From positions 186,001 through 250,000 of IMG/VR virus record IMGVR_UViG_3300047319_001872: a stretch of DNA of 64,000 nucleotides, one strand, 5' to 3'. The position numbers were made by a program, and so were the translations under genes. Under the pieces are notes generated by a model, which was given only the letters and a program-made list of their open reading frames with translations, did no database searches and had not been told where the DNA came from. Below, in pieces: positions 18,213 through 27,898 of the stretch. Position 1 is the stretch's first letter. Each line of letters starts with the position of its first letter.

Positions 18213-20093
18213 TTACAGCGTCGGCTCATCGGCACCGACAAGGCCACCCGAGATATTCAGGTTCCCATTGATCACCACCGGCGTATCCGACGCCACGACA
18301 ATCACCACCTTCGCATCGATCAGCGCCTGGACGCGCTCGTCGAGCTTCAGCAAGCGTGACGCCATGTCTTCGGTCACGTAGTAGCGCATCGAGTGATCGG
18401 CCAGATCATCGCCCGTGAGCGCCAGCACCATCTGCAGCACCTTGACCGTGAGGCGCGCTCGCGCGTCTTCGATGTTGGTGACGTTGCTGACCGCTTCGAG
18501 CGTCACATGCGGGGCCGACACCATCGGCAGTTCGTCGTCCGGCTGCGGCACATTCACACGCAAGCCTGCCGGAATCGACCCACTGCCCAGCAGATGCAAG
18601 TTCATGCGGCGCAGTTGGGCAACCGTGGTATGGAACTCGATCGCCAGTTCGGTGATCTTGTCGCCTTCCTTCGCTTCGATGTAGTACTGGTGCGTGACCG
18701 GATCGAAAATCGCCGGACGCACTTGCGAAGGTTCCACTGTCGAGTCGACACCTGCCAATGCCTCGAGTACGATACGCGACCAGTTCTCGAACTTCAGGCC
18801 AGCCGCGAGCAGTTCCTTGACTGTGCCGCGCGGTCCGTCGATCAGTTCTTCTTCGGCCACCTTCGCCTTGAGCGACTTGGGCACGACGATCAGGTTCACG
18901 AGACCCAGGTGCACCTTGCCGACGTTATCGCTGTCGTCACGGATGAAACCCAGATGTTCGAAGCGAAACAGCGACGGCGTCTTGAGCGGGGTTGCTTGGA
19001 GGCCATCGGCGTCGACGAAGACGAGTTCTTCGTTCGCCACTTCGCGCTGCAAGTTGGTGTTGATGGTCGTTTCGATGTCGAGCACCGACTGATCGTTGAC
19101 CTTGACGTCCAGGTGATCGACGTGACCGCCATAGCCCACCGAGAACTTGCCACCGAGACGCTCTTCGCCGACTTTCTTGGTGCGCTGATACGAAGAGATT
19201 TCATCCGTGTCCCAGTTGATCGGCAGCCCTTGACGGAAGGCTTCGTCGTCCTGGAAGACGACCGGCGAATACGGCAGCAACTGACGGTAGAACGGATTGG
19301 CTTCGAGGCCATCACGCTGACGGATGACCGTCTCAGCACCGACGATCGAGAGCCAGGTTTTGTACTCCTCCGCACTCAAGCGCGTGAGGCCGTGCGTGAG
19401 TCCCATGCCGGGCAGATTGTCCGTGAAGTCCTTGTCGATGGCAAGGATGTGACCGGGGTGTTTATATGTCTTCATCGTGGTTCCTTTGTTTTTGTGAATC
19501 GATCGATGGGAAAGCATCTGGGCGAGAAACTCACTCGTCCAGCGCTCTTGCGGAGAAAGCAAACGCTTAGCCTGTTCCGCCTGCTGACGCTCCTGCACCA
19601 CATGGGCAGGCTCGTAAGTGACGAAACTGTACTTAATACCGTGGATGCCCGAGGCGTGATCTTCGCGACGAGTCTCAGTCCACTGGGTCGGACGAATCGC
19701 CGGAAAGAAGGCATCGCCTTCAAATTCTCGATCAATCTCGGTGATGAGGAGTTTGTCGGCCTTGGGTAAGGCTTGTTCGTAGAGGGTCGCTCCGCCGATG
19801 AGAAACATCTCTTCCTCACCGCGATACTTACAATACTCGATCGCGGCTTCCAGTGAGCCTGCGGTCAAGCACCCTCTAAACTGCGCGGTCGCTTTGGTGG
19901 TCACGATAATGTTCTCGCGACCCGGCAAAGCGAAGCCGATGGACTCGTGCGTCTTGCGCCCCATGATGACGGGCTTGCCCGTCGTGATGCGCTTAAAGTA
20001 CGCCAGGTCCTCCGGCAAGTGCCAGGGAAGTTGGTTGTTCAAACCAATTACACTGTTACGGTCGCGCGCAGCGATGATGACAAGCTTAGTCAT
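18213..20093 (-). CDS. folA: Fusion: dihydrofolate reductase + NUDIX-like (COG4112/YmaB-type) phosphoesterase + LysM + C-terminal domain
   Basis: DHFR motifs IGLNNQLPWHLPEDLAYFK, VIMGRKT, LPGRENI, IGGATLY, GDAFFP; NUDIX-like YRQLLPY...GEERL...SVGYGGHVD...REVANEEL...VGKVHLG; LysM EGDKITELAIEFHTTVAQLRRMN...IPAGLRVNVP. Confidence 0.85.
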   Translation of the reverse strand: MTKLVIIAARDRNSVIGLNNQLPWHLPEDLAYFKRITTGKPVIMGRKTHESIGFALPGRENIIVTTKATAQFRGCLTAGSLEAAIEYCKYRGEEEMFLIGGATLYEQALPKADKLLITEIDREFEGDAFFPAIRPTQWTETRREDHASGIHGIKYSFVTYEPAHVVQERQQAEQAKRLLSPQERWTSEFLAQMLSHRSIHKNKGTTMKTYKHPGHILAIDKDFTDNLPGMGLTHGLTRLSAEEYKTWLSIVGAETVIRQRDGLEANPFYRQLLPYSPVVFQDDEAFRQGLPINWDTDEISSYQRTKKVGEERLGGKFSVGYGGHVDHLDVKVNDQSVLDIETTINTNLQREVANEELVFVDADGLQATPLKTPSLFRFEHLGFIRDDSDNVGKVHLGLVNLIVVPKSLKAKVAEEELIDGPRGTVKELLAAGLKFENWSRIVLEALAGVDSTVEPSQVRPAIFDPVTHQYYIEAKEGDKITELAIEFHTTVAQLRRMNLHLLGSGSIPAGLRVNVPQPDDELPMVSAPHVTLEAVSNVTNIEDARARLTVKVLQMVLALTGDDLADHSMRYYVTEDMASRLLKLDERVQALIDAKVVIVVASDTPVVINGNLNISGGLVGADEPTL

Positions 20094-20106
20094 TACTAAT
20101 CCTTGG

Positions 20107-20292
20107 TTATCCGATTTTGTTCATTGACTCTGTCATCACCCAGATCAGGATGCTGCCAAAGCTGACCAGCGTCGTCACGAGCGCACTGGTTTCTACCCGA
20201 CAGACTATCCGGGACTTCTCTTCTCGCATTGCGCACACAGCGAACACAATGAGGGAGAGAACGAAAATCGAAAAGAGAGGGAAAAAGATCAT
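20107..20292 (-). CDS. Small membrane protein (2 TM)
   Basis: Hydrophobic segments; fills the gap. Confidence 0.55.
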   Translation of the reverse strand: MIFFPLFSIFVLSLIVFAVCAMREEKSRIVCRVETSALVTTLVSFGSILIWVMTESMNKIG

Positions 20293-20759
20293 AGGCGTTT
20301 CAGCACGAAGAGCAGCACACTACTTAAGAGCGCCAGCTGTCCGCACCAGATCAAAACTCCAGCGTAATGAAAATGTCTTGCCCGGATGCGCCGCGCATGG
20401 GCGTGATCGGTCCGACGATATTGACGAAACTGGCCTTCTGCCCGAAAGCAGGCGAGCAGCGCCAACAGAAAGAAAAGTGCACTACTAAAGGACACCAGCG
20501 CACAAGGCTCAAGCGGAGTGTCAGCATAAGCTGCCTCTACTCCGTAAAAAAGTTGTTGCGCAAGACTCACCAGGAACTGCACAAACCACCAGACTACGGT
20601 CGCGCCAGTAATACAACAGCCCAACACAAACAGCACCGAGCCCACACGATCACTGGCGGCATAGGGCTTGCCCTGCTTGTGCTCTTCTTGCGTGATCCCA
20701 AAACAACTCAGAAGGGTAAGACCCACTGCGAACATGCCCAGCCCCACGTAAAACCACAT
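20289..20759 (-). CDS. Membrane protein (4 TM)
   Basis: Four hydrophobic segments; RBS AGGA. Confidence 0.7.
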   Translation of the reverse strand: MWFYVGLGMFAVGLTLLSCFGITQEEHKQGKPYAASDRVGSVLFVLGCCITGATVVWWFVQFLVSLAQQLFYGVEAAYADTPLEPCALVSFSSALFFLLALLACFRAEGQFRQYRRTDHAHARRIRARHFHYAGVLIWCGQLALLSSVLLFVLKRL

Positions 20760-20785
20760 GAGCTCATCCTAAAAGGAAATAAAAA

Positions 20786-20801
20786 GAGGGCCGAAGCCCT
20801 C
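20786..20801 (-). terminator. UUCG hairpin terminator with T5 tail
   Basis: GAGGGC-CGAA-GCCCTC; A5 adjacent on the plus strand. Confidence 0.75.
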
Positions 20802-20815
20802 TCTTCAGTTAGGGA

Positions 20816-22567
20816 TTACTCCCAACGGTCGATGACGATCGTGCGATCGCCGAACTCGGTCTTCACCTTCAGGCGCCGCGGTTGTGCGTTACCGCCCTTC
20901 ACAATCATGAGGCCGCAGGCCTGACGCTTCACCTCGCCTTCGAAGACGGCCTCGTTGGAGAACGTTTCCACCACCCGCGAGATGTCGTACAGGTCTTGCT
21001 TGAGCAGCTGCGGGAAGAGCGCAATGCCCTTGTCGCCGCGCTCGTTTTGCTTGTCGTACGCGCCTTCGATGATGAAGAGCGCCTGCTCACCCAGTTGCGG
21101 GAACTCAGCCGTGCCGAACATGTGCGGTGCCTTGACAATACCCTGCACCTTGTGGTACTGGTTATTTGCCAGGTTCCAGATGTCGGGCGTGGTGCCGATC
21201 AGGCTGCCGCGGAAGTCCTTCGACGAACGCTGGTACATCGACATCGGGTTGCGGTAGTCGTCGAAATCGTACATCAGGATGGGCGGTGCATCGAGATCCG
21301 CGGCCGTCGCCACACCGGTAAAGAAGTCCGCTGCCCACGGGATGTAGATTTCGATGTCCAATGCCTTGGGGAGCACTTCAGCCTGGAACTTGTTCCACGA
21401 CATCGTCACCGGCGGCAACTTCAGGTCTTCTTGCTGGGTGTCGATGACGTCCTTCGTCTTCGGCGCCAGGTGAGCGAACACACCAGTCGGTTGCTTTTCC
21501 TCAGGCGGCGTGAAGTTCAGCAGATCACGCGCATCCCAATGGAAGGCATCTTTCGGGATGTCCTCGAGGTACGCCACGCGACGGCGCAGCGACTGCTGCA
21601 TGCCGAGTTCCGCGATGCGCTTTTCAGCGATCTGGAGTTGGTTCATCGTGGGTGCCGCGACCGGACGACGGTAAACGTCAGCCTTCGTCTTCTTGCCGAA
21701 CGAACGCTTGATCTGTTCGAACGACTGACCTTCGAGCAGTGCGTCGAGCACCGTGCCGACCAGGGTCTTGTTCGGATGGGCCCAACCCATGGCTGCGGCC
21801 GACACGGCACGCCACAGCTTGTTCTCACGCGCACGGGTATTCTTTTCCGCCGCGCGTTCGACGGCCGTTTCGTACAGCCAACGACCCGAGCCTTCGATCA
21901 TCTCATCCCCGACGAGGACTTCCGCTTCGATGATCTGCATGAGCTTCTTGAGCGTCGCCACCGAGCCCTTCTCGGTCTCGAAGAACTTCGCCATCAGCTT
22001 GTAGTCTTCACGCAGCTGGGCTTGACGCTGACGCGGCGTGAGACGACCAGTGTGCTGCAGCATCGAGGGCACCATGATGCCGAAGTGCTCGAAGCCGCCC
22101 TTTTCGTACGCACCCCAGATCTGCTTGTTGTCCTTGAACGGACCGACCACCCGACCCGACTCCACCACTTCTTGCATGCGCTCGACGAGCGTGAAGTAGT
22201 AGTTATCCGTGGGGAACGTCGTCGAATCCCACAGGACCGACTTGGTCTTCCCGTCCTTGTCGATCATGACCGTACCGGCGTAGTGCTTCATGAACGAGCC
22301 GCAGCACGAGCATGTGTGGTAGGCACGCTCGTCTTCGGTCAGGGCACCGAGGTAGACGTGATTAAGCGTCACGTCGACGGAAATCTTGTTCTCGACCATT
22401 TGCGGGGTCGGCTTCATTTCCGTCCTGGTCCGGAAGAGCGACGTCCGGCCTTCGGAGAGACGCTGGTCGAGCGTACGTTGCATGTGCTTCACGAGCGCCT
22501 TGTAATCAGCGTCGTACTTCGTGAACGGCTTTGTGGTGCCGGTCGAACCAGCTTGCACTTGTTCCAT
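20816..22567 (-). CDS. Large hypothetical protein (583 aa) with an HTCSCC motif
   Basis: Long ORF with strong codon bias; YHTCSCCGSFMKHY putative metal site. Confidence 0.85.
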   Translation of the reverse strand: MEQVQAGSTGTTKPFTKYDADYKALVKHMQRTLDQRLSEGRTSLFRTRTEMKPTPQMVENKISVDVTLNHVYLGALTEDERAYHTCSCCGSFMKHYAGTVMIDKDGKTKSVLWDSTTFPTDNYYFTLVERMQEVVESGRVVGPFKDNKQIWGAYEKGGFEHFGIMVPSMLQHTGRLTPRQRQAQLREDYKLMAKFFETEKGSVATLKKLMQIIEAEVLVGDEMIEGSGRWLYETAVERAAEKNTRARENKLWRAVSAAAMGWAHPNKTLVGTVLDALLEGQSFEQIKRSFGKKTKADVYRRPVAAPTMNQLQIAEKRIAELGMQQSLRRRVAYLEDIPKDAFHWDARDLLNFTPPEEKQPTGVFAHLAPKTKDVIDTQQEDLKLPPVTMSWNKFQAEVLPKALDIEIYIPWAADFFTGVATAADLDAPPILMYDFDDYRNPMSMYQRSSKDFRGSLIGTTPDIWNLANNQYHKVQGIVKAPHMFGTAEFPQLGEQALFIIEGAYDKQNERGDKGIALFPQLLKQDLYDISRVVETFSNEAVFEGEVKRQACGLMIVKGGNAQPRRLKVKTEFGDRTIVIDRWE

Positions 22568-22614
22568 TTCTAATTAACTTCCTAACGTGATGGGGTGATT
22601 TACTGCTTGACGTT

Positions 22615-23976
22615 TTACTGCCGTTGCATAGCCGTACTCATGGTCGCGGGGTAATCCTTGACCAGTTGGATATACTGCGTGAGGAATTCACGCGCTTCTG
22701 CTTGCTGCTCTGCAGTACCAACCAAGCCCATGACCACGGCCTTCTGGATCGTAGTCGGGTCCGTCAATGCTGAGACAGCGTAGACGGGTTTGGTTGCCCG
22801 GACGGCGGCCGCTAACTGCTGGGGCGTGGCATCCGTGGGAAGACGAGCAAGGTTTTCGATGATGCGCTCGGTCGACTGGGGGTACTCCTTCGTGTTACGA
22901 CCGCAGCAGCCTTCCAGCACCGCCTGGTTCGGACATTCCGCACAGGTGAATTCCTTAACGGAACTGACATCCGGTACACCGAGATCCGTGTGGACCTTGA
23001 CTTGCTCCGGCGCCGCATTCACGATCGACGGCTTGAGCCTGCAGTTGCCTTGTTCGGACAACGGACGGTTACGCGTGCAGCAACCGGGCGAATTGGTACA
23101 GACGACTTCAGGCGTACTGATCGGACTACCCGTGTTAATGCGGTCTGCCGGAACTGCATACGGGTTACAGTAGTGCGAGGTGTCCATGGGCTCCTCCACG
23201 CGCAGTTTGCCTGTGTACGTACCTGCGACCTTCTGTACGACTGTTTCCAGACTGACGTGGCCGTAGCAGATCTCGTTGGCGAACTGCTTGAACGCCTGGA
23301 CCAGACTCGTACTGTTCGGTGAGCCCAGATCGTTCATCAATCGCTTGATGGTCTCTTCCTGCTTGCTGGCACTGACGCGACTGATCAGAGACGGTTCATG
23401 CAGATGGGCCACTGCCGAGCCCAACTTAACGATCCAGGTCTGTGCGGCCTGGGGTTCGACCTTGCGCAGGTATTTGACCCAGTCAGCTTCGTAGATGATT
23501 TCGTACGGTTCACCCGGTGCAACCACCACATTGACGACCGAGGTCCGCTTGGCCTTGTTGATCAGATGGTCCAGCGAAATGCCGACGTTGTCCGTCACCA
23601 TTTCCTTCGGCAGGAACCAGCCCGCTTCCGAGAACTTGTTGCTTCGTTCAGCCTCGAGCTCCGTCTGGCGGTTCGCCAGTGCGATCTCGTGATTGCGCAG
23701 CTGATCTTCCAGTTCGGCGATCTTGCTCTTGAGCGTATTGACCACTTCTTCGCGATACACCGCCCTCGTGCCAGCGACGGTTTCAGGCGTGCCCAGCGCG
23801 ATATGCTCCATCATCGCAGGCGCGAGGTTATTCTGCACTGTTTGACAGACGTAGATAAAACCGACCGGATCGGCCGCAATAGCTTCCTCGTACGTCAGCC
23901 CTTGTTGTTGTTCTGCGCTCACTACTTTCTCCTGTTGAATAGTTTTCTGAGCAGCTTGCCGGGTACGTTCCACCAC
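22615..23976 (-). CDS. Hypothetical protein (453 aa) with coiled coil and two Cys-rich patches
   Basis: Long ORF; LKSKIAELEDQLRNHEIALANRQTELEAE; CTNSPGCC and CAECP...GCC. Confidence 0.75.
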   Translation of the reverse strand: MVERTRQAAQKTIQQEKVVSAEQQQGLTYEEAIAADPVGFIYVCQTVQNNLAPAMMEHIALGTPETVAGTRAVYREEVVNTLKSKIAELEDQLRNHEIALANRQTELEAERSNKFSEAGWFLPKEMVTDNVGISLDHLINKAKRTSVVNVVVAPGEPYEIIYEADWVKYLRKVEPQAAQTWIVKLGSAVAHLHEPSLISRVSASKQEETIKRLMNDLGSPNSTSLVQAFKQFANEICYGHVSLETVVQKVAGTYTGKLRVEEPMDTSHYCNPYAVPADRINTGSPISTPEVVCTNSPGCCTRNRPLSEQGNCRLKPSIVNAAPEQVKVHTDLGVPDVSSVKEFTCAECPNQAVLEGCCGRNTKEYPQSTERIIENLARLPTDATPQQLAAAVRATKPVYAVSALTDPTTIQKAVVMGLVGTAEQQAEAREFLTQYIQLVKDYPATMSTAMQRQ

Positions 23977-24731
23977 ATGTGGCCGTGCACGTAGCCTTGA
24001 TTCTTGTCCGCCATCTCCTGCATGAGCTTAGGATCGCTGAACACGCGACGATAAACTTCATTGGCGGCTCTCCCCGCCTTGGCGAGATCGTCGGCATTGA
24101 CCAGACCGTCTTCGTTAGTCGGGAGTTCCGTCAGGGATTTCAGCGCTTCGTCCAGATGGTCTTCCGGCGTCTTGAGCTTCCAGTACTTCCAGCTGTCCTC
24201 ATCATCCTCGTTGTCCTTCACGAGCTTGACGCGCGACATGTCGAAGTAGTAGAGCGCTTCCGGCCACTGCGGGTAATGGCAGTCATGACGACTCGGCACG
24301 CGCCACCACGGACCGTCGTATTCCATCTTCTCGACGATGGTGTAGCGCGCCCCGATCCAATGCTCGATCTGCCAGAACTCCTTGAACGCTGAGAGTTCCC
24401 GATGAAGGAACTCTTCGGTGATAGCGGGATCGAAATACCGCATGGCGCGCTCAAAGAACTCCGGCTTGAAAGTCTTCGGCTTGTACCAGGGACTGTCAGG
24501 CCAAACCGGTTGCTCACATTCGGCCACCGTGAAGTTCAGCGCAGTCTTGATCCCCACGATCACGGCTTGTACACAGGCGCGATCGAACTGGGCTTTACGC
24601 TCAGCAGCCGCGGCTTCTTCCCGACGGCGCTCATGCAGATAGCGAATCGTCCCCGCGCGTTCTTTGATCAAAGCCTTCTGACGACGAAAGCGCCCCGGAT
24701 TCACGGTGTGCTCGAAACTGTAAGTGCTCAT
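23922..24731 (-). CDS. Hypothetical protein (269 aa)
   Basis: Long ORF; RBS GGAAGCAGGA. Confidence 0.75.
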   Translation of the reverse strand: MSTYSFEHTVNPGRFRRQKALIKERAGTIRYLHERRREEAAAAERKAQFDRACVQAVIVGIKTALNFTVAECEQPVWPDSPWYKPKTFKPEFFERAMRYFDPAITEEFLHRELSAFKEFWQIEHWIGARYTIVEKMEYDGPWWRVPSRHDCHYPQWPEALYYFDMSRVKLVKDNEDDEDSWKYWKLKTPEDHLDEALKSLTELPTNEDGLVNADDLAKAGRAANEVYRRVFSDPKLMQEMADKNQGYVHGHMWWNVPGKLLRKLFNRRK

Positions 24732-24755
24732 CCTGCTTCCTTGTTTTTTTGTACC

Positions 24756-25490
24756 TTAAGCGACGCTCGTGCTCTTGTCGATCCACTCCTGCACGAAGCG
24801 GGAAAGATCCGGCCGATCCGGGTAGCCGAACTTCGGCATGTTCTCACCCGTGTGACAGGGCAGCACGTCCCATTCGAGCCACGAGTTGATCTGCATGTCG
24901 ATGTAGATCGGCGCCATGTTCGCATCGACACGATACACGTTCTTGAAGAGCTTCTCGTCGTAGGCCTTCTTGAAGCCCTCGTTGACGCGCTTCTTGAACG
25001 CGATGCCTTCTTGGTCGATGCGGTCGCTCTTGCCGTTGTCTTCAGCGCGCTGATTCAGACGCCGGATGCCTTCTTCGACCTCGACATCGAAATACGCCAC
25101 GAAGTCGGGCCAGGCACCATTACGCGCGAAGGTGTCCAGCATCGTCACATCCGGTCCCAGCCCGCGCGCCACTTGCTGATAGGCGTAGCTTGACATCGAG
25201 AAGCGATCACACAGCACGATGTACCCTGCTTCCAGTGCCGGTTTGATCATCTGCTCGACGTGTTGTGCGCGCGCCGCTGCAAAGAGCAGCATCTCACAAC
25301 GCGGCACACAGTACTGGTGCAGAATGATTTCACGGATCTCTTCACTGACCGGTGTGCCGCCCGGTTCACGGGTCTTCAAGACTTTGTAGCCCTGTTTCGT
25401 GAGACGCTCGTAGGTGGCATTCAACGACGTCGTCTTGCCTGCGCCGTCCGGTCCTTCAAAAGCGATCCAAATACCCCGAGTATTGCTCAT
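24756..25490 (-). CDS. tmk: Thymidylate kinase
   Basis: IAFEGPDGAGKTT, TREPGGT, LLFAAARAQH, VLCDRF. Confidence 0.95.
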   Translation of the reverse strand: MSNTRGIWIAFEGPDGAGKTTSLNATYERLTKQGYKVLKTREPGGTPVSEEIREIILHQYCVPRCEMLLFAAARAQHVEQMIKPALEAGYIVLCDRFSMSSYAYQQVARGLGPDVTMLDTFARNGAWPDFVAYFDVEVEEGIRRLNQRAEDNGKSDRIDQEGIAFKKRVNEGFKKAYDEKLFKNVYRVDANMAPIYIDMQINSWLEWDVLPCHTGENMPKFGYPDRPDLSRFVQEWIDKSTSVA

Positions 25491-25563
25491 TGCTTTTTTT
25501 CACCAAAAGAATAAAAAGGAAGACACCCCAACTCCTGTGCTAGAAGTGTCTCCGTAAAACGGG

Positions 25564-26415
25564 TTAAACCACTACAGGTTCTGGGCTTTCGAGGAGCTGC
25601 AGCGTCAGATGATCGCAACGGACATACGAGGCTGGGATCTTGATGCCAGACATCACAGCGTAAGCGGTCGCGAGGGACTGGATTACGTTGGTGTTGAGCA
25701 ACGTTATACCCTTCAGTACATCACGATAGCCGGTAAGATTTCTCGAGAAGACCGACAGGCACGGAAACTCATCGGCCTGGGCAGCAGCAAGAATCAGGGC
25801 ACCGACACTGGGCATCAGGTACGCATAGTTGCGCGCATCCAAATCAGGGCAGTCGCGTTTACCCAGCATATTGGTCACTTCCTGACGCACTTGTTGCTCG
25901 CTCACGGCCCGTAGCGCCATATCGAAGCCCAGACGCACCCAGAGGGCTTTGGTGCGGTTGTCGACCATGCGCAGGACCTTGGGTATGCGCACGTCATGAA
26001 ACGCCGCAGACGCCGTTATAGCGCGTTTGGTGTCGAGCAACAGGGCTTCGTCCATTCGATCCAGTTCGAGAATCCATTGGGCGAAATCCGACGCGGTCGG
26101 TTTAGTCGTGTACTTCTCCAACGCAGGCGGAAACTCACGGGGCACATCGTAATTGCCGCTGCGATCCCGATACTTGCGCATCTCCTCGGCCGTGACACTG
26201 ATGAACTGGTCCTCGGGGTTAGGCAGCGCGGGAACCGGCAGCGCTCGGACCAAACGCCGAACCTGACGCTTAGTAAATTGCAGGCTACTGATAACGTAGA
26301 GAATAAACGCAATGCGCCAGTACAGATCGGTCGCACGCAACTGGCTCTTGGCTTGAGCCACCAAGGGCGTAAAGTCCTGCATTAACAAATCAAGGTAAGA
26401 CACAGTAATCCCCAA
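25564..26415 (-). CDS. Hypothetical protein (about 283 aa), first gene after an early promoter
   Basis: Long ORF; TTG start at 26415, or a downstream ATG. Confidence 0.7.
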   Translation of the reverse strand: MGITVSYLDLLMQDFTPLVAQAKSQLRATDLYWRIAFILYVISSLQFTKRQVRRLVRALPVPALPNPEDQFISVTAEEMRKYRDRSGNYDVPREFPPALEKYTTKPTASDFAQWILELDRMDEALLLDTKRAITASAAFHDVRIPKVLRMVDNRTKALWVRLGFDMALRAVSEQQVRQEVTNMLGKRDCPDLDARNYAYLMPSVGALILAAAQADEFPCLSVFSRNLTGYRDVLKGITLLNTNVIQSLATAYAVMSGIKIPASYVRCDHLTLQLLESPEPVVV

Positions 26416-26429
26416 ACGGTGGTTATAAG

Positions 26430-26446
26430 GCTAGGTTTGTAATATA
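26430..26446 (-). promoter_or_regulatory. Candidate early (virion RNAP) promoter TATATTACAAACCTAGC
   Basis: Contains TATATTAC, the phiKZ early consensus; 16/17 identical to the site at 30829-30845. Confidence 0.7.
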
Positions 26447-26478
26447 TCGCCAGCTTCTTTTGTAATAAGACAAAAAAA

Positions 26479-26502
26479 AAGAGTGTCGGTGAGGACACTC
26501 TT
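26479..26502 (-). terminator. Intrinsic terminator with T9 tail
   Basis: AAGAGTGTC-GGTGAG-GACACTCTT; A9 run on the plus strand. Confidence 0.8.
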
Positions 26503-26516
26503 CACCCACGCCTCCG

Positions 26517-26834
26517 TTACCGGATGCGCAGGCGAGCAGCCGCGAGGCTGCCTGAGAGACGTTTGATCAAGAAAGCACTGCGACCCCGTTTGACTTCAAG
26601 CGTGGTGGCGGGCATCGACATGCGATCGAGCTGACGGAAGAGCCGATCATTCATCTCACGATCGTAAGGCGTCAAGCGATGGGGCTTATCGGCCAGAAAG
26701 CCGATGTGGCGCACACCGTTTTGCGTGTCGTAGTGCACGACGCCGTGGCGCTTTTCTTTACTCATCTGTGCCGAGACGCCGAGCTGCACCGAGTTATCAT
26801 GAAAGCCGAGGAAGTCAAGCAACTTGAATAGCAT
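26517..26834 (-). CDS. Hypothetical protein (likely start 26834, MLFKLLDFLG)
   Basis: RBS AAGGAG before ATG 26834. Confidence 0.7.
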   Translation of the reverse strand: MLFKLLDFLGFHDNSVQLGVSAQMSKEKRHGVVHYDTQNGVRHIGFLADKPHRLTPYDREMNDRLFRQLDRMSMPATTLEVKRGRSAFLIKRLSGSLAAARLRIR

Positions 26835-26844
26835 GGTCGTCTCC

Positions 26845-27210
26845 TTAACGCATGAAGGTCGGATGGGCTTTGAACACAGCCTCCAAGGCGCGATGGAACT
26901 TCTGCAAGTCATCGTGATCGAGGTTGTAGAAGAACGCTTTGTAAGCATCCAGATCATGCGCCCAGCGATAACCAGTTTCCGAGTTGTACCCATAAGCGAC
27001 ATCGGCAATGCCGAAGTCCGAAGCGTTCAGACCTGCATGCTGAATCGCCGTCAGATATACCGGCAAGCGATGCGGCTGAAAGTTCGTCAGAAACGTCAAG
27101 GGCAAACCATCGTCAGTCACGCCTGTGTCCGGACCATCGAAATCATCCGGAAACGATTGGACAACCTTCTTGATACCGGGTAAATCGAAAATCATGTCCA
27201 TCGTGATCAC
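26845..27210 (-). CDS. Hypothetical protein (121 aa)
   Basis: ORF tiling; RBS GAGG. Confidence 0.7.
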   Translation of the reverse strand: MITMDMIFDLPGIKKVVQSFPDDFDGPDTGVTDDGLPLTFLTNFQPHRLPVYLTAIQHAGLNASDFGIADVAYGYNSETGYRWAHDLDAYKAFFYNLDHDDLQKFHRALEAVFKAHPTFMR

Positions 27211-27248
27211 CTCATTCTAATTAGCTACGCGTTGATGAAAGGTACTAC

Positions 27249-27722
27249 TTAGGTCAGCATGTGTTGCTGAAACTGGTTATGATCGTACTGGGGTTCGTCG
27301 GGAAACCGATCCTGCCTGTCGGACCACATGAGCTGCATGACGCGATTGCAGCGGCTCGGATAGAGTCGCTTGGTATATTTCAAATATTCGTTCAACGCGC
27401 CATCAACATCAATGAGATCGCGTAGTCGGGTCCGGTGGGTGAACGTCGACGAGAGATCCAGATTGCTTAGGTTCTCATTCTGATGCTGAAGCAACAGACG
27501 CGCTGCTTTGTCAACGTACTGGTAGCTGATTGCGACATCACCGGCAGAGAACAGGATCAGCTCCGGAATGCCCTTCTCACACAGTCCGATAGTGTAAACC
27601 ATGTGTTGACGCTGGTCAGCTGGGAAAGGCGTCGACATCATGGTGAAACCATTCTCGCGAATGCGCTGGCACAGTGTCGCATCCAGCTGGGCAAAGCTTG
27701 TCTGCATCTGGGTATCCATCAT
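27249..27722 (-). CDS. DUF4262-like protein
   Basis: YTIGL...PELILF...QLMWSDRQDRFPDEPQY pattern. Confidence 0.8.
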   Translation of the reverse strand: MMDTQMQTSFAQLDATLCQRIRENGFTMMSTPFPADQRQHMVYTIGLCEKGIPELILFSAGDVAISYQYVDKAARLLLQHQNENLSNLDLSSTFTHRTRLRDLIDVDGALNEYLKYTKRLYPSRCNRVMQLMWSDRQDRFPDEPQYDHNQFQQHMLT

Positions 27723-27898
27723 GGCACCTGTGGTTGGGATTTCTGTTTAGCCTCCTTCCAGGCCGAGAAGGATTCTTGCCGGGTGTCACCGAAGCCGAAA
27801 TACTTGTCGCACTCGGTGATGTACTTCAGATGCCCAAAGCCGACACGACGCGGCTGATTCAGGCGGGTACTGGGCAGGCCCTTGATACGCAATGCCAT
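27719..27898 (-). CDS. Small hypothetical protein (59 aa, MALRIKGLPS...), not in the ORF track
   Basis: Hand translation; TAATG and ATGA coupling on both sides. Confidence 0.65.
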   Translation of the reverse strand: MALRIKGLPSTRLNQPRRVGFGHLKYITECDKYFGFGDTRQESFSAWKEAKQKSQPQVP

